From: Candidatus Latescibacterota bacterium
GTDB lineage: Bacteria > Latescibacterota > UBA2968 > GCA-2709665
Assembly: GCA_965116875.1 (NCBI GenBank)
Contig: OZ220733.1
Span: 4,032,001-4,096,000, forward strand
DNA length: 64,000 nt
Direction of reading: 5' to 3'
A model generated the notes under the pieces. The model was not told the DNA's origin and made no database searches. It saw only the letters and a list, made by a program, of their open reading frames with translations. Both the position numbers and the translations under genes were made by a program. Position 1 is the first letter of the stretch; the number at the start of each line of letters is the position of its first letter. Below, piece after piece: positions 9,511 through 21,828 of the stretch.

Positions 9511-12500
9511 GTGGCGGACATCAACACTTCCAGGCGACCCACAGAGTTCAACTCGATTCGTATTCAGCTGGCTTCACCTGAAACGATCCGTGGCTGGTCG
9601 CGCGGCGAGGTAACGAAGCCGGAAACCATCAATTACCGGTCGTTCAAGCCGGAGCGCGACGGACTGTTCTGCGAACGCATCTTCGGTCCGGTTAAGGATT
9701 GGGAATGCAGTTGCGGCAAGTACAAGAGGATTCGCTACCGGGGCGTGGTCTGTGACCGGTGCGGCGTTGAAGTGACCCAATCGAAAGTGCGGCGCGAGCG
9801 GCTGGGCCATATCGAACTGGCGGTACCGGTCTCGCATATCTGGTTCTTCAAGTCGCTTCCGTCCCGTATGGGGTATCTGCTGGACATAACCATTCGCAAT
9901 CTGGAAAGGATCATTTACTACGAGTCCTATGTCGTGTTGGATCCCGGCGACGCGCCGGATCTGAAGTATAAGGACCTTCTCTCCGAAGACGAAGCATTCG
10001 AACTCGAAGCGAAAGGGTACAGCTTTGAGGCGGATATGGGCGCGGTCGCACTCAAGAAGCTGCTTGGCGAAATAGACATTGAGGAGCTGTCCGCCGAGTT
10101 GCGCACCCAGGCGCGCATGGAAACCTCCGTTCAACGCAAACAGGAGGCCCTGAAACGGCTCAAGGTGGTCGAGGCATTTCGTCAGTCCGACAACCATCCG
10201 TCCTGGATGATACTGGATGTCATCCCCGTAATCCCGCCGGACCTTCGCCCGCTGGTGCCACTGGAAGGCGGAAGGTTCGCCACGTCGGATTTGAACGATC
10301 TGTACCGGCGGGTCATCAACCGGAACAACAGGCTGAAGAAACTGATCGAAATCAAGGCGCCGGAGGTGATCCTGCGTAACGAGAAGCGCATGCTTCAGGA
10401 GGCTGTCGACGCCCTGTTCGACAATGGCCGCAGATCTCGGGCGGTACGTGGAGACGGAAACCGCTCGTTGAAGTCACTGTCGGACCTGCTGAAAGGAAAG
10501 CAGGGCCGATTCCGCCAGAATCTGCTCGGCAAACGGGTCGACTATTCCGGGCGGTCGGTAATCGTCGTCGACCCCAACCTCAAGCTGCATCAATGCGGGC
10601 TTCCAAAACACATGGCGCTTGAACTGTTCAAGCCGTTCATCATCAAGAAACTGGAAGAGAGAGGACTGGTCCAGACCGTCAAGAGCGCGAAAAAGCTCGT
10701 AGAGCGCGAACGGGTCGAGGTCTGGGACATTCTGGAGGACATCATCCAGGATCACTACGTCCTGTTAAACCGTGCGCCAACGCTCCACCGGCTGGGAATC
10801 CAGGCCTTCCAGCCCATGCTCGTGGAAGGGAAGGCGATTCGCATTCACCCGCTGGTGTGCGCCGCGTTCAATGCCGACTTCGACGGCGACCAGATGGCGG
10901 TTCACGTGCCTTTATCGTTCGAGGCGCAGATCGAAGCTCGCGTACTGATCATGTCCGCCAACAACATGCTCAAGCCCGCGGACGGATCCGCTGTGATTGT
11001 GCACAATCCGCAGGACATCGCCATGGGTTGTTACTATCTGACCAAAATCGTACAGCAGCCCGACAAGAATCGTCTCAAGGCGTTCGGAAGCCCCAACGAA
11101 GCGCTGATCGCGCATGATTACGGAAAAATCGACCTCCACGAAGCCATTCGCCTGCGAGTCGACGGGAAGCTGCTGACAACCACCGTAGGACAGGTCATCT
11201 TCAACGAAATCCTGCCGGACGGGATGCCCTACATCAACCAGATGGTGGACAAGCCCGTGATACAGAAAGTAACCACCGATGTCCACCGTCGGTTCGGGAA
11301 TCGGGCAACCGTTGACTTCGCCGACGGTCTCAAGCGATTGGGTTATGACTATGCCACCCAGTCGGGGGTGACCGTTTCGATGGACGACGTCGTGGTTCCG
11401 CCCAAAAAGCAGGAACTCATTGACAGGGCCAAGGGCGAGGTCGATCGCATTCTGCAGCAATACGTCCACGGCGTCATCACAGAGGGCGAGCGATACAACA
11501 AGGTCATCGACGTCTGGCAGCACACGACGAACAACATTGCCGAAATGATGAACGAGGCCCTGGAGCATTCGGAGGCCGGATTCAATTCAATCTACATCAT
11601 GAAGGACTCCGGCGCCCGCGGAAGCGACGATCAGGTGAAACAGCTGGGCGGTATGCGGGGGTTGATGAACAAGCCGCAGAAAAAACTCACCGGAGCGATC
11701 GGTGAAATTATCGAAACGCCAATCGTTGCCTCCTTTAAGGAGGGGCTCTCGGTGCTGGAGTATTTCATATCGACGCACGGGGCAAGAAAGGGGTTGGCCG
11801 ATACGGCGCTGAAGACCGCCGAAGCGGGCTACCTGACTCGTCGAATGGTGGATGTGGCGCAGGACGGCGTGATAGGCGAAGTGGACTGCGGCACCATTAT
11901 GGGCATCGAACTCGAAGCGCTCAAGGAAGGTGAGGAGGTGGTCGAGCCGCTGGCGGACCGCATCGTGGGCCGGACGCTTCTGGAGGATGTGTTCGATCCC
12001 ATCGGCGGCGAAGTCATCGTGGAAAGCGGTATGCTCCTGGACGAGGCATCGGCTGCCACGATCGCCGACGCCGGCGTGGAGAGAGTGAACGTGCGCTCGG
12101 TGTTGACCTGCGAGGCCCGGCGCGGCATCTGCGCCAAGTGCTATGGCCGCAACCTCGCCACCGGAAGACTCGTAGACATCGGCGAGGCCGTCGGCGTAAT
12201 CGCCGCCCAGAGCGTCGGTGAACCGGGCACCCAGCTCACGTTGCGAACTTTCCATATCGGCGGTACGTCCAGCCGGATCGCGGAGCAGGCCGAAATCGTT
12301 GCCAAACGGGCGGGCGTCGTAAAGTTCATCAATATGGACTCCGTCACCCGGAGCGACGGACAGCGAATCGCGGTGGGAAGGAATGGGGAGTTCGAGGTAC
12401 AGGACGACCAGGGTCGTCCGCGCGGCGGTCACTATTACGTTCCCTACGGCGCCGTGTTGCAAGTCGAGGACGAACAGCAGGTTGACGAAAACCAGGTCCT

Positions 12501-13599
12501 TTACGAATGGGATCCCTATAACAACATTATCGTATCCAACAGGCCGGGTACCGTCGAATTCGTAGATCTCGTCGAAGGCGTGACATACCGCGAAGAGGCC
12601 GACGAGACCACGGGTCTTGCGGCGCAGGTGGTCACCGAACACAGGGATCGAACCCTTTCTCCGCGGATTCGAATTGTCGATGTCGACGGGGATGAAGTCG
12701 GTCACTACGTCATCCCCGTTGGCGCTCGTCTCGTGGTACACGACGAGGACCGGATCGGCGCCGGAGATACGCTGGCGAAGATCCCGCGCGAGCGGAGCAA
12801 GACACGGGATATTACCGGCGGACTGCCCCGCGTCGCCGAACTCTTCGAGGCGCGGCGCCCCAAGGATCCGGCCGTGGTCACCGAGGTCGACGGCTCCGTC
12901 AGTTTCGGCGGACTCGTACGGGGTTCCAGGACGGTAATCGTCACGTCCGATGACGGTGAGGAGCGGAAATACACGATTCCGTACGGAAAACACCTCCGCG
13001 TCCAGGAGAACGATCGCGTGCAGGCCGGTGAACAGCTGTCGGAGGGGTCGGTAAATCCGCACGATATTCTGCAGATTCAGGGCATCCAGGCGGTGCAGGA
13101 GTACCTGGTGAACGAAATCCAGGCCGTCTACCGTATGCAGGGCGTCCGGATCAACGACAAGCACATCGAGTGCATTGTGCGCCAGATGCTGCAGAAGGTC
13201 CAGGTTACGGATCCGGGCGACACGAATTTCCTGGAAGGAGAAACGGTGGATCGCTTCCGTTTCAGGGACGAGAACGATAAGGTGATTGCGGAAGGCGGCG
13301 ATCCGGCCACATTCCAGCCCGTGTTGCTGGGCATTACGAGGGCGTCCCTGATGACCGACAGCTTTATCTCCGCCGCGTCGTTCCAGGAGACCACGCGCGT
13401 GTTGACGGAGGCCTCCGTGCAGGGCAAGATGGACGGACTGCTGGGGCTGAAGGAAAACGTGATCATCGGGCACCTGATTCCCGCCGGAACCGGGTCGGAG
13501 CGGTATCGAGAGATCCAGGCGGTGTCGCTCGAAAAGGAGGCCGAGGACGTACCGGAAGAGGGCCTTGAAAACGTCGGACTTCCGCCGATAAATGCTTGA
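9511..13599 (+). CDS. rpoC: RNA polymerase beta' subunit
   Basis: NADFDGD catalytic motif, Zn fingers, LRTFHIGG. Confidence 0.99.
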   Translation: MADINTSRRPTEFNSIRIQLASPETIRGWSRGEVTKPETINYRSFKPERDGLFCERIFGPVKDWECSCGKYKRIRYRGVVCDRCGVEVTQSKVRRERLGHIELAVPVSHIWFFKSLPSRMGYLLDITIRNLERIIYYESYVVLDPGDAPDLKYKDLLSEDEAFELEAKGYSFEADMGAVALKKLLGEIDIEELSAELRTQARMETSVQRKQEALKRLKVVEAFRQSDNHPSWMILDVIPVIPPDLRPLVPLEGGRFATSDLNDLYRRVINRNNRLKKLIEIKAPEVILRNEKRMLQEAVDALFDNGRRSRAVRGDGNRSLKSLSDLLKGKQGRFRQNLLGKRVDYSGRSVIVVDPNLKLHQCGLPKHMALELFKPFIIKKLEERGLVQTVKSAKKLVERERVEVWDILEDIIQDHYVLLNRAPTLHRLGIQAFQPMLVEGKAIRIHPLVCAAFNADFDGDQMAVHVPLSFEAQIEARVLIMSANNMLKPADGSAVIVHNPQDIAMGCYYLTKIVQQPDKNRLKAFGSPNEALIAHDYGKIDLHEAIRLRVDGKLLTTTVGQVIFNEILPDGMPYINQMVDKPVIQKVTTDVHRRFGNRATVDFADGLKRLGYDYATQSGVTVSMDDVVVPPKKQELIDRAKGEVDRILQQYVHGVITEGERYNKVIDVWQHTTNNIAEMMNEALEHSEAGFNSIYIMKDSGARGSDDQVKQLGGMRGLMNKPQKKLTGAIGEIIETPIVASFKEGLSVLEYFISTHGARKGLADTALKTAEAGYLTRRMVDVAQDGVIGEVDCGTIMGIELEALKEGEEVVEPLADRIVGRTLLEDVFDPIGGEVIVESGMLLDEASAATIADAGVERVNVRSVLTCEARRGICAKCYGRNLATGRLVDIGEAVGVIAAQSVGEPGTQLTLRTFHIGGTSSRIAEQAEIVAKRAGVVKFINMDSVTRSDGQRIAVGRNGEFEVQDDQGRPRGGHYYVPYGAVLQVEDEQQVDENQVLYEWDPYNNIIVSNRPGTVEFVDLVEGVTYREEADETTGLAAQVVTEHRDRTLSPRIRIVDVDGDEVGHYVIPVGARLVVHDEDRIGAGDTLAKIPRERSKTRDITGGLPRVAELFEARRPKDPAVVTEVDGSVSFGGLVRGSRTVIVTSDDGEERKYTIPYGKHLRVQENDRVQAGEQLSEGSVNPHDILQIQGIQAVQEYLVNEIQAVYRMQGVRINDKHIECIVRQMLQKVQVTDPGDTNFLEGETVDRFRFRDENDKVIAEGGDPATFQPVLLGITRASLMTDSFISAASFQETTRVLTEASVQGKMDGLLGLKENVIIGHLIPAGTGSERYREIQAVSLEKEAEDVPEEGLENVGLPPINA

Positions 13600-13624
13600 C
13601 AAGTAAGCTCTGAATTGGTATAAT
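13596..13624 (+). promoter_or_regulatory. perfect-consensus sigma70 promoter of the str operon
   Basis: TTGACA-17-TATAAT with extended TG; the -35 box contains the rpoC TGA stop. Confidence 0.85.
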
Positions 13625-13719
13625 GAAAGTCTATGGCCGATTTTTCCGGAAACGTCAGGACCCGTCTCCGATCGGATTCGGCCGCGTCGTACCTGATGTG
13701 AACCGTACTGGAGGTTGAA

Positions 13720-14091
13720 TTGCCCACCATTAATCAGTTGGTGCGCAAGGGGAGGAAGCTGAAGGCAAAGCGATCTTCCGCCCCGGCATTGCGGGGATGC
13801 CCGCAAAAGCGGGGTGTCTGCACGCGCGTTTATACCACGACCCCCAAGAAGCCCAACTCGGCCCTGAGGAAGGTTGCGCGCGTCCGCCTGACAAACGGGA
13901 TGGAGGTCACGGCATATATCCCGGGAGAAGGACACAATCTCCAGGAACACTCCGTCGTGCTTATCCGGGGTGGCCGGGTACGGGATCTGCCTTCGGTCCG
14001 GTATCACATTATCCGCGGCGTTCTGGACACGACCGGCGTCGCCGACCGGAGACAGGGTCGGTCCAAATACGGCACGAAAACGCCTCAATAG
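13720..14091 (+). CDS. rpsL: 30S ribosomal protein S12
   Basis: [18 protein letters not shown]; TTG start with GGAGG RBS. Confidence 0.99.
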   Translation: MPTINQLVRKGRKLKAKRSSAPALRGCPQKRGVCTRVYTTTPKKPNSALRKVARVRLTNGMEVTAYIPGEGHNLQEHSVVLIRGGRVRDLPSVRYHIIRGVLDTTGVADRRQGRSKYGTKTPQ

Positions 14092-14174
14092 GACTTTCGT
14101 ACGTTTTGCAATGGGTTTGATCCGGGGGATAACGCAGGCTGCACACGGTGTGTCCCCCTTGTTTTGAGGGTAAC

Positions 14175-14642
14175 ATGAGAAAAAGGCGGGCCGAGAAAAG
14201 AGATTTTTCACCTGATCCCAAGTACGGCAGTGTTCTCGTGACGCAATTTGTCAACAGCCTTTTTCGGAAGGGCAAGAAGAGCGTTGGTGAAAAGATCCTT
14301 TACCGCGCGCTCGACCAGATTGCCGAACGCGCGGACAAGACCGGGCTGGAGGTGTTCGAACAGGCGGTTGAAAACGCGAAGCCGATCATTCAGGTGAAAT
14401 CACGGCGTGTGGGTGGAACGACATACCAGGTCCCGGTTGAAGTGCGGTCGGATGAGCGTCTTTCACTTTCGATCGGCTGGTTGATTACATACGCTCGCGG
14501 CCGCGGGGAGAAAGCCATGTCCGAGAGGCTGGCGGGGGAATTGATGGATGCGGCCAACGGCCGGGGTCGGGCCATGCAGCGGAGAGAAGAAACACACCGG
14601 ATGGCCGAGGCCAACCGGGCGTTTGCACACTATCGGTGGTAG
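14175..14642 (+). CDS. rpsG: 30S ribosomal protein S7
   Basis: [24 protein letters not shown]. Confidence 0.98.
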   Translation: MRKRRAEKRDFSPDPKYGSVLVTQFVNSLFRKGKKSVGEKILYRALDQIAERADKTGLEVFEQAVENAKPIIQVKSRRVGGTTYQVPVEVRSDERLSLSIGWLITYARGRGEKAMSERLAGELMDAANGRGRAMQRREETHRMAEANRAFAHYRW

Positions 14643-14645
14643 AGA

Positions 14646-16715
14646 ATGTCACGCAGAGAACAGCTGGAACGGATCCGGAACATCGGCATCATGGCCCATA
14701 TCGATGCGGGTAAAACCACAACGAGCGAGCGGATTCTGTACTATACGGGACGGCTGCATCGAATGGGCGAAGTACACGACGGCGCAGCCACGATGGACTG
14801 GATGGACCAGGAGCGGGAGCGGGGCATTACCATCACATCGGCTGCCACCACTTGCTTCTGGGACGGACATCGGATCAACATCATCGATACGCCCGGACAC
14901 GTGGACTTTACGGCCGAGGTTGAGCGGTCGCTCAGGGTTCTGGACGGCGTCATCGGAATCTTCTGCGCGGTCGGCGGTGTCGAACCCCAGACGGAAACGG
15001 TCTGGCGCCAGGCCGACAAGTACGGGGTGCCCCGGATTGCCTTTGTCAACAAGATGGATCGCACGGGCGCGGATTTCTTCAGGGTACTTGAAATGATGCG
15101 GGAACGTCTGGCGTCGAATTTCGTGCCGGTACAGATTCCCGTAGGTGCTGGAGAGTTGTTTAACGGACTGATCGATCTGGTCAAGATGAAAATGGTTTCC
15201 TACCAGAAAGACACGCTGGGCACGGTCTTTTCCGAGAGTGAAATCCCACTGGATCTGCTCGACCACGCACAGAACTACCGCGAGCAGATGCTGGAAGCGG
15301 TCTCTGATTTTGACGATACGCTGATGGAAAAATTCCTCGAAGGCGAACCCATCGCCGAAGAAGAAATCAAGCAGGCGCTTCGTCAGGCGGCCATCAACGT
15401 TCATGCCGTTCCGGTCTTCTGCGGATCGGCCTTCAAGAATAAAGGCGTCCAGCGATTGCTCGACGGCGTCCGGGACTACCTTCCATCACCACTGGAGGTT
15501 CCGCCGGTCAGAGGCACCGACCCGGACACCGGATCAGACGTGACCCGGACGTCATCTCACGACGAACCGTTCTCGGCGCTTGCATTCAAGGTGAAGACCG
15601 ATCCCTATGTGGGGCATCTGACCTATTTCAGGGTGTATTCGGGTTGTCTGAAGACCGGTTCGTACGTGAGGAATTCCAACAACGGAAAACGGGAGCGAAT
15701 CGGCCGGGTACTGCAGATGCACGCCAACAAGCGCGAAGATATCAAAGAGGTTGTCACCGGAGATATCGCGGCGGCCGTGGGACTGAAAGCCACGGGAACC
15801 GGCGAGACGCTCTGCGACCCTGACCATCCGGTCATTCTGGAATCAATGGACTTTGCGAAGCCGGTTGTGTCCGTTGCCATCGAGCCCAGAACCAAGGCTG
15901 ACCAGGATCAGCTGGGCACCGCGCTGCGGAAGCTGTCCGAAGAGGATCCCACGTTCCACGTATCCTCTGACGAAGACACCGGCCAGACGATTATTTCCGG
16001 CATGGGCGAGTTGCATCTCGAAATCATCATCGACCGCCTGATGCGGGAATTCCGGGTGGCGGCGAACGTAGGGAAGCCACAGGTGACCTTCAAGGAGGCC
16101 ATACGCAAGACCGTTCAGGCGGAGGGTCGTTTCATCCGGCAGACGGGTGGACGGGGGCAGTGGGGGCACGTCCGGCTGGAAATGGGTCCCGGTGAACCTG
16201 GCAGCGGCCTCGTATTCGAAAACAACATTGTGGGCGGGTCGGTGCCGTCCGAATATATCCCCGCCGTCAGACAGGGTGTTCACGAGGCCATGCAGTTGGG
16301 TGTTTTGGCCGGGTATCCGGTGGAGGACGTCAGGGTCTCGCTGTACGACGGATCGTATCACGACGTCGATTCTTCCGAAATGGCGTTCAAGGTGGCCGCA
16401 TCCATGGCCTTCAAGGACGGCGCCAGGAAGGCGGATCCGTACCTGATGGAACCTCTGATGGACGTCGAGGTGGTCGTGCCGGAAGAGTATATGGGCGATG
16501 TGATGGGCGATCTGAACGCTCGTCGCGGAAATATCGTGGGCATTGTAAACCGGCCGGATGCCCAGGTGATCACGGCGATGGTACCCTTAACAGAAATGTT
16601 CGGTTATGCCACACGGCTGCGGTCCCTGACCCAGGGTCGAGCGATCTATTCAATGGAATTCTCGAGGTTTCAGGAGCTACCCAAAGCGCTCGCACAGGAA
16701 CTCACGGAAAACTAG
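14646..16715 (+). CDS. fusA: elongation factor G
   Basis: [29 protein letters not shown]. Confidence 0.99.
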   Translation: MSRREQLERIRNIGIMAHIDAGKTTTSERILYYTGRLHRMGEVHDGAATMDWMDQERERGITITSAATTCFWDGHRINIIDTPGHVDFTAEVERSLRVLDGVIGIFCAVGGVEPQTETVWRQADKYGVPRIAFVNKMDRTGADFFRVLEMMRERLASNFVPVQIPVGAGELFNGLIDLVKMKMVSYQKDTLGTVFSESEIPLDLLDHAQNYREQMLEAVSDFDDTLMEKFLEGEPIAEEEIKQALRQAAINVHAVPVFCGSAFKNKGVQRLLDGVRDYLPSPLEVPPVRGTDPDTGSDVTRTSSHDEPFSALAFKVKTDPYVGHLTYFRVYSGCLKTGSYVRNSNNGKRERIGRVLQMHANKREDIKEVVTGDIAAAVGLKATGTGETLCDPDHPVILESMDFAKPVVSVAIEPRTKADQDQLGTALRKLSEEDPTFHVSSDEDTGQTIISGMGELHLEIIIDRLMREFRVAANVGKPQVTFKEAIRKTVQAEGRFIRQTGGRGQWGHVRLEMGPGEPGSGLVFENNIVGGSVPSEYIPAVRQGVHEAMQLGVLAGYPVEDVRVSLYDGSYHDVDSSEMAFKVAASMAFKDGARKADPYLMEPLMDVEVVVPEEYMGDVMGDLNARRGNIVGIVNRPDAQVITAMVPLTEMFGYATRLRSLTQGRAIYSMEFSRFQELPKALAQELTEN

Positions 16716-16808
16716 CGATTCGAGACGCGTTGTTTTTTACACAGCGGTCGACTGCGATTGCAAAACAAATAGACGATCGCGACGTCTATTGAACAGGAGG
16801 AAGGCGAG

Positions 16809-18005
16809 ATGGCTAAGGAGAAGTTCGACAGAAGCAAGCCCCACGTCAATATCGGTACCATCGGGCACGTTGACCATGGCAAGACGACATTGACGGCCGC
16901 CATTACCAAGACGCTGGCCGCCAAGGGGTTGGCGGATTACATGCCCTTCGATCGAATCGATCAGGCGCCCGAAGAACGCGAACGCGGAATCACCATCAAT
17001 ACCGCGCACGTCGAGTATTCCAGCGAAAGCCGTCACTACGCCCACGTCGACTGCCCCGGACACGCCGACTATGTCAAAAACATGATCACCGGTGCGGCCC
17101 AGATGGACGGCGCAATCCTGGTGGTGAGCGCCGCCGATGGTCCAATGATCCAGACGAGAGAGCACATATTGCTTTCCCGGCAGGTGAACGTGCCGTCAAT
17201 CGTCGTCTACATGAACAAGGTGGATATGGTTGACGATCCCGAGCTTCTAGAACTGGTGGAACTGGAGGTGCGCGAGCTTCTCAGCGATTACGATTTTCCG
17301 GGCGACGACGTACCCGTGATTTGCGGGTCGGCGCTCCACGCGCTTGAGTCCGACGATCCTGACTCGGAAGCCTGCGGATCCGTATGGGAGCTGCTGGAGG
17401 CCGTCGACAACGCGATTCCGATTCCCGAGCGCGACGTGGACCGGGATTTCCTGATGCCGGTCGAGGACGTCTTCAGCATTACGGGCCGGGGAACGGTGGG
17501 CACCGGGAGAATCGAGCGGGGCGTGGTCAATCTCAACGAGGAAGTGGAAGTCGTGGGTATAAGAGAGACGCGCAGGACCGTGGTCACGGGTATCGAGATG
17601 TTCCGAAAGTTACTGGACGTCGGCGAGACCGGAGACAATGTGGGCCTTTTGCTTCGCGGCGTCGATAAGGAAGACCTCGAGCGGGGTATGGTTGTTGCCA
17701 AGCCCGGTTCGGTAACGCCGCATACCAGGTTTAAGGGCGAAGTCTACGTACTCACGGAGAAAGAGGGCGGTCGGAGCAAACCATTCTTTACAGGTTACCG
17801 ACCGCAGTTTTATTTCCGAACCACCGACGTCACGGGTGCGGTTCAGTTGCCTGAAGGCGTGGAAATGGTGATGCCGGGCGACAATATCACGATGGACGTC
17901 GACCTGACACCTCAACCCATCGCCATCGAACCTCAACTTCGATTCGCGATACGTGAAGGCGGCCGGACAATCGGATCGGGCGTGGTCACTGAAATCCTGG
18001 AATAG
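16809..18005 (+). CDS. tuf: elongation factor Tu
   Basis: [25 protein letters not shown]. Confidence 0.99.
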   Translation: MAKEKFDRSKPHVNIGTIGHVDHGKTTLTAAITKTLAAKGLADYMPFDRIDQAPEERERGITINTAHVEYSSESRHYAHVDCPGHADYVKNMITGAAQMDGAILVVSAADGPMIQTREHILLSRQVNVPSIVVYMNKVDMVDDPELLELVELEVRELLSDYDFPGDDVPVICGSALHALESDDPDSEACGSVWELLEAVDNAIPIPERDVDRDFLMPVEDVFSITGRGTVGTGRIERGVVNLNEEVEVVGIRETRRTVVTGIEMFRKLLDVGETGDNVGLLLRGVDKEDLERGMVVAKPGSVTPHTRFKGEVYVLTEKEGGRSKPFFTGYRPQFYFRTTDVTGAVQLPEGVEMVMPGDNITMDVDLTPQPIAIEPQLRFAIREGGRTIGSGVVTEILE

Positions 18006-18021
18006 CGCCGACGGAGGGGCA

Positions 18022-18330
18022 GTGCCAGCACAGAAAATTCGTATTCGACTGAAGGCTTACGATCACAATGCTCTCGACCGGTCCGTCGACGAAATCGTGC
18101 GGACGGCAAAGCGGACAGGGGCGCTGATTTCCGGCCCCATTCCATTGCCCACCAAGCGTTCGTTGTATACGGTGCTTCGGGGCCCCAATATCGACAAGAA
18201 ATCCCGGGAGCAGTTCGAAACCCGGATACATAAACGCTTAATCGATATTCACAACTCGACGCCGCAGACGGTAGATGCCTTGATGAAACTGGATCTGCCG
18301 GCGGGGATCGACATCGAAATCAAGGCATAG
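18022..18330 (+). CDS. rpsJ: 30S ribosomal protein S10
   Basis: [24 protein letters not shown]; GTG start. Confidence 0.98.
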   Translation: MPAQKIRIRLKAYDHNALDRSVDEIVRTAKRTGALISGPIPLPTKRSLYTVLRGPNIDKKSREQFETRIHKRLIDIHNSTPQTVDALMKLDLPAGIDIEIKA

Positions 18331-18334
18331 TGCC

Positions 18335-18961
18335 GTGTTGGGATTGATCGGAAAAAAAATCGGGATGACCCAGGTGTACGACGAAGGCGACAACCTCGTC
18401 CCCATTACCGTGGTGAAAGCGGGGCCCTGTCCGGTCGTACAGGTCAAGGACGATGGGTCGGACGGATACCACGCGCTGAAACTCGGCTTCGGCGCGACTT
18501 CAGAACGGCGCCTGACCCGTCCGCATCTTGGCGTTCTGAAGGAGGCCGGCGCAGGCCCGCATCGCATCCTGAAGGAATTCCGGGTATCCGATACCTCGGA
18601 GTATGAGGTCGGACAGGTTCTTGATTCCGGCTTGTTCGCTCCCGGTGAAACCGTCTCGGTAACCGGTCGCACGAAGGGAAAGGGATTTCAGGGCGGGGTC
18701 AAGAGGCATCATTTCAAAGGCGGACCGAAGACACATGGACAGTCCGACCGGCATCGGGCGCCGGGTTCCATCGGTCAAAGTTCGGATCCTTCCCGTGTGT
18801 TCAAGGGGATGCGGATGGCAGGCCATATGGGTCATCGCCGGGAGACCGTGAAAGGGCTGATGGTCGTCCGCGTGGACAAGGAACGCAACCTGTTGCTGCT
18901 CAAAGGCGCCGTACCGGGCCCCAATGGCGGCATCGTAATGGTGCAAAAGCAACGCAATTAA
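18335..18961 (+). CDS. rplC: 50S ribosomal protein L3
   Basis: GKKIGMTQ, KGKGFQG, HRAPGSIG. Confidence 0.98.
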   Translation: MLGLIGKKIGMTQVYDEGDNLVPITVVKAGPCPVVQVKDDGSDGYHALKLGFGATSERRLTRPHLGVLKEAGAGPHRILKEFRVSDTSEYEVGQVLDSGLFAPGETVSVTGRTKGKGFQGGVKRHHFKGGPKTHGQSDRHRAPGSIGQSSDPSRVFKGMRMAGHMGHRRETVKGLMVVRVDKERNLLLLKGAVPGPNGGIVMVQKQRN

Positions 18962-19611
18962 TGGGAACAGAACAAGTTATGGCGTCAGTAGATGTTACAG
19001 ACCTCCGGGGTGAAGTCGTCGGATCGGTCGACCTCCCGGAGAAGATCTTCGGAATTGAACCGTCTCGCCATGCCATCTATCATACGGTGAAGTCCTATTT
19101 GACGAACCAGCGGCAAGGCAACGCGCATTCGAAGACCCGCGCTGAAGTGCGGCGCAGCAAAAGGAAGATGTATCGGCAAAAGGGAACCGGACGGGCGAGA
19201 GCCGGCACGGCTTCGTCTCCGATCCGCGTGGGAGGCGGAGTTGCACACGGCCCCAGGCCGCGAGAGCTGAGCGAACGCGTGCCGAGAAAAGTGCGGCGAC
19301 TCGCATTGAAATCGGCGCTATCCCTGAAGGTCCCTGACGGCGCGATCAAAGTGGTGAATGACTTCACGCTCGGCGCGCCCAGAACGAAACGTGTGGCTGA
19401 TCTGACGCGGGCGATGGAAATCGACGATCGAAAGGTCCTGCTTCTCACTCCGGAAGCCGCTCCGAATATCCTGAAATCCTGCCGGAATCTATCCGGCGTC
19501 CATGTCTTGCCCGTGGCTCAGGTTTCAACGTACGACGTCGTCAACGCCGATACGGTCGTCTTCACAACGGAATCCCTGGACCGGCTACAGGATATCTGGG
19601 GGTCGGCATGA
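18961..19611 (+). CDS. rplD: 50S ribosomal protein L4
   Basis: [11 protein letters not shown]; start may be 18979. Confidence 0.97.
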   Translation: MGTEQVMASVDVTDLRGEVVGSVDLPEKIFGIEPSRHAIYHTVKSYLTNQRQGNAHSKTRAEVRRSKRKMYRQKGTGRARAGTASSPIRVGGGVAHGPRPRELSERVPRKVRRLALKSALSLKVPDGAIKVVNDFTLGAPRTKRVADLTRAMEIDDRKVLLLTPEAAPNILKSCRNLSGVHVLPVAQVSTYDVVNADTVVFTTESLDRLQDIWGSA

Positions 19612-19901
19612 GAAAAGACAACAGAGAAATCATCCGCAGGCCGCTGATCACCGAACGGGCATCCGAACTTCAGGAAGATCACAACAAGTTCGTATTTGAA
19701 GTTCGTGTCGATGCGAACAAACTGGAAATCAAGAAGGCCACTGAAACGTTGTTCGATGTCAGGGTGCTCAGCGTCAATACATCGACGGTCGCGGGAAAGC
19801 TGAAGAGAATGGGGCGGTTTCAAGGCCGCCGTTCTACCTGGAAAAAGGCGATTGTCACCCTCGCGCCCGGCGATGCCATCGACTTTTTCGGAGAGTCCTG
19901 A
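19608..19901 (+). CDS. rplW: 50S ribosomal protein L23
   Basis: [20 protein letters not shown]. Confidence 0.97.
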   Translation: MRKDNREIIRRPLITERASELQEDHNKFVFEVRVDANKLEIKKATETLFDVRVLSVNTSTVAGKLKRMGRFQGRRSTWKKAIVTLAPGDAIDFFGES

Positions 19902-19904
19902 TCG

Positions 19905-20735
19905 ATGCCGGTTAAATCATTCCGACCGTTTACGCCATCGCTGCGGTTCAAGACCGTGTCCTCGTTTGAGGAAATCACAAAGTCTGAACCCGAGAAGTCG
20001 CTTGTTGAGGCGAACAGGAAGAGCGGTGGACGCAACAACATGGGCCGCATCACGAGCCGGCGCCGCGGCGGAGGCCATCGCCGGCATTACCGGGTTATCG
20101 ATTTCAAACGCAACAAACTCGGTGTTCCGGCCAGTGTTTACTCAATAGAGTACGATCCGAATCGCTCCGCGAGAGTCGCGCTGCTCCACTATGCGGACGG
20201 TGAGAAGCGTTATATTCTCGCGCCCGCGGGTCTGAGGGTTGGCGCTCAAGTGGTCTCCGGTCCCGACGCCGACGTACGGCCAGGCAATGCGCTGCCTCTT
20301 GAGAATATCCCGCAGGGAACTCACGTGCACAATGTCGAGTTACAGCCCGGGAAGGGCGGACAGCTGGGCCGATCGGCCGGCGCTGAAATCCAGATCATGG
20401 CCAAGGAAGGCAAGTTTGCGCAACTCCGGATGCCTTCCGGCGAGGTCCGCCTTGTGCCGGTGACGTGTTATGCCACCGTTGGACAGGTTGGGAATCAGGA
20501 ACACGAGAACGTGGTATTGGGAAAGGCGGGTCGCAACCGGTGGCTCGGAAAGCGGCCGTCCGTCAGGGGAGTTGCCATGAATCCCATCGACCACCCGCAC
20601 GGAGGCGGGGAAGGACGGGCCTCGGGCGGTGGACATCCGGTTACGCCGTGGGGCGTGCCCACGAAGGGATACAAGACGAGAAAACGCAAAAAACAATCCA
20701 ACAAACTCATCGTGAGAAGACAACGCAAGAGATAA
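19905..20735 (+). CDS. rplB: 50S ribosomal protein L2
   Basis: [26 protein letters not shown]. Confidence 0.99.
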   Translation: MPVKSFRPFTPSLRFKTVSSFEEITKSEPEKSLVEANRKSGGRNNMGRITSRRRGGGHRRHYRVIDFKRNKLGVPASVYSIEYDPNRSARVALLHYADGEKRYILAPAGLRVGAQVVSGPDADVRPGNALPLENIPQGTHVHNVELQPGKGGQLGRSAGAEIQIMAKEGKFAQLRMPSGEVRLVPVTCYATVGQVGNQEHENVVLGKAGRNRWLGKRPSVRGVAMNPIDHPHGGGEGRASGGGHPVTPWGVPTKGYKTRKRKKQSNKLIVRRQRKR

Positions 20736-20752
20736 GTCCCGGCGAGGAATGA

Positions 20753-21040
20753 ATGGCAAGGTCGCTGAAGAAAGGCCCCTACGTGGACCCCGGTCTTCTG
20801 GCAAAGATCGAGGGGATGAACAAATCAGGTAACAAGCGCGTGATTCAGACGTGGGCGCGCCGTTCGACCATATCTCCGGAATTCGTCGGTCACACGCTGG
20901 CTGTACACAACGGGAACAAGTTCATTCCTGTGTACATCACGGAGAATATGGTGGGCCACAAGCTGGGTGAGTTCGCGCCTACGCGGACTTTTCGAGGGCA
21001 CTCGGGAAGCCTCACTGAGCGTTCGACGGGACTGAAGTAG
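20753..21040 (+). CDS. rpsS: 30S ribosomal protein S19
   Basis: [18 protein letters not shown]. Confidence 0.98.
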   Translation: MARSLKKGPYVDPGLLAKIEGMNKSGNKRVIQTWARRSTISPEFVGHTLAVHNGNKFIPVYITENMVGHKLGEFAPTRTFRGHSGSLTERSTGLK

Positions 21041-21056
21041 CGTCTGCGGGCCTTTG

Positions 21057-21216
21057 CAGCCCGTTGGAAGAGTCCATACGGGCTATGGCCGGCCCTTGCG
21101 GCCGAAATCGTGCGTTGGGCCCCCTCGCCGAATCGAAGGATGGGACTCGGTCGCGCGCCTTGTCTTCGGCCACAATGGCTCGGCCTCGCCTGCAGAGCGA
21201 CTTTTCCAACGCACTG
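21057..21216. mobile_element. family A MITE-like element, 160 bp long form
   Basis: CAGCCCGTTGGAAGAGTC...GACTTTTCCAACGCACTG TIRs; both ends match the 58 bp copies. Confidence 0.75.
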
Positions 21217-21221
21217 CCAAG

Positions 21222-21250
21222 CAGCCCGTTGAAAAAGGCCATCCGGGCTA
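21222..21250. repeat. family A left-end fragment in tandem
   Basis: CAGCCCGTTGAAAAAGGCCATCCGGGCTA repeats the start of the 160 bp element. Confidence 0.7.
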
Positions 21251-21271
21251 CTTTACAGGGGAAGGATTTCA

Positions 21272-21613
21272 ATGACGGCCAGGGCAGTCTCCAGATACGT
21301 CAGGATTTCACCCCGGAAAGCACGTCAGGTTGTTGATCTCGTTCGCGGCAAAGGGGTTGAAGAGGCGTTTCACATTCTTCAGTTTACACCCAAGAAGGCT
21401 GCTCGTCTCGTAGAGCGCACGCTCCGGTCGGCAGTGGCCAACGCCGCCAGCAGCGAGGAGTCTGCGGTCAGTGAAGAAGACCTTTACGTACAGGAGGCGT
21501 TCGTGAACGGCTCCATCGCCATGCGCCGGATCCGACCCATGCCGCGGGGCGCGGCCGGATTTATCCGAAAACGCTGCAGCCACATCACACTGGTCGTATC
21601 GGACGATGATTAG
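21272..21613 (+). CDS. rplV: 50S ribosomal protein L22
   Basis: RISPRKAR, SAVANA, KRCSHIT. Confidence 0.97.
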   Translation: MTARAVSRYVRISPRKARQVVDLVRGKGVEEAFHILQFTPKKAARLVERTLRSAVANAASSEESAVSEEDLYVQEAFVNGSIAMRRIRPMPRGAAGFIRKRCSHITLVVSDDD

Positions 21614-21828
21614 CCCCAGTTCGAAAAAAGCAGCAACCGGGCGTCGTGATTACACCTTCCGAGACGGGGGCGTAAACGTCGGTCCGGACGGACATTTGTT
21701 CCGTTCACGTCCATCGACCTGGTGTATCCTGGGTATCCGCAGTTGAATCGCTTTAATTAATTCGCACATATTCGAATGAACGTCCCCGAAAAATGACGAA
21801 TCAAGGTTCGCCGTCGGGAGGGTTTCTT

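Noticed and set aside
5645-14211. Long antisense ORFs (728 aa, 874 aa) opposite rpoB/rpoC
   Set aside because: Shadow frames expected from GC-rich codon bias; no recognisable motifs
21054-21336. 73-90 aa ORFs between rpsS and rplV
   Set aside because: They coincide with the family A repeat and lack a convincing RBS
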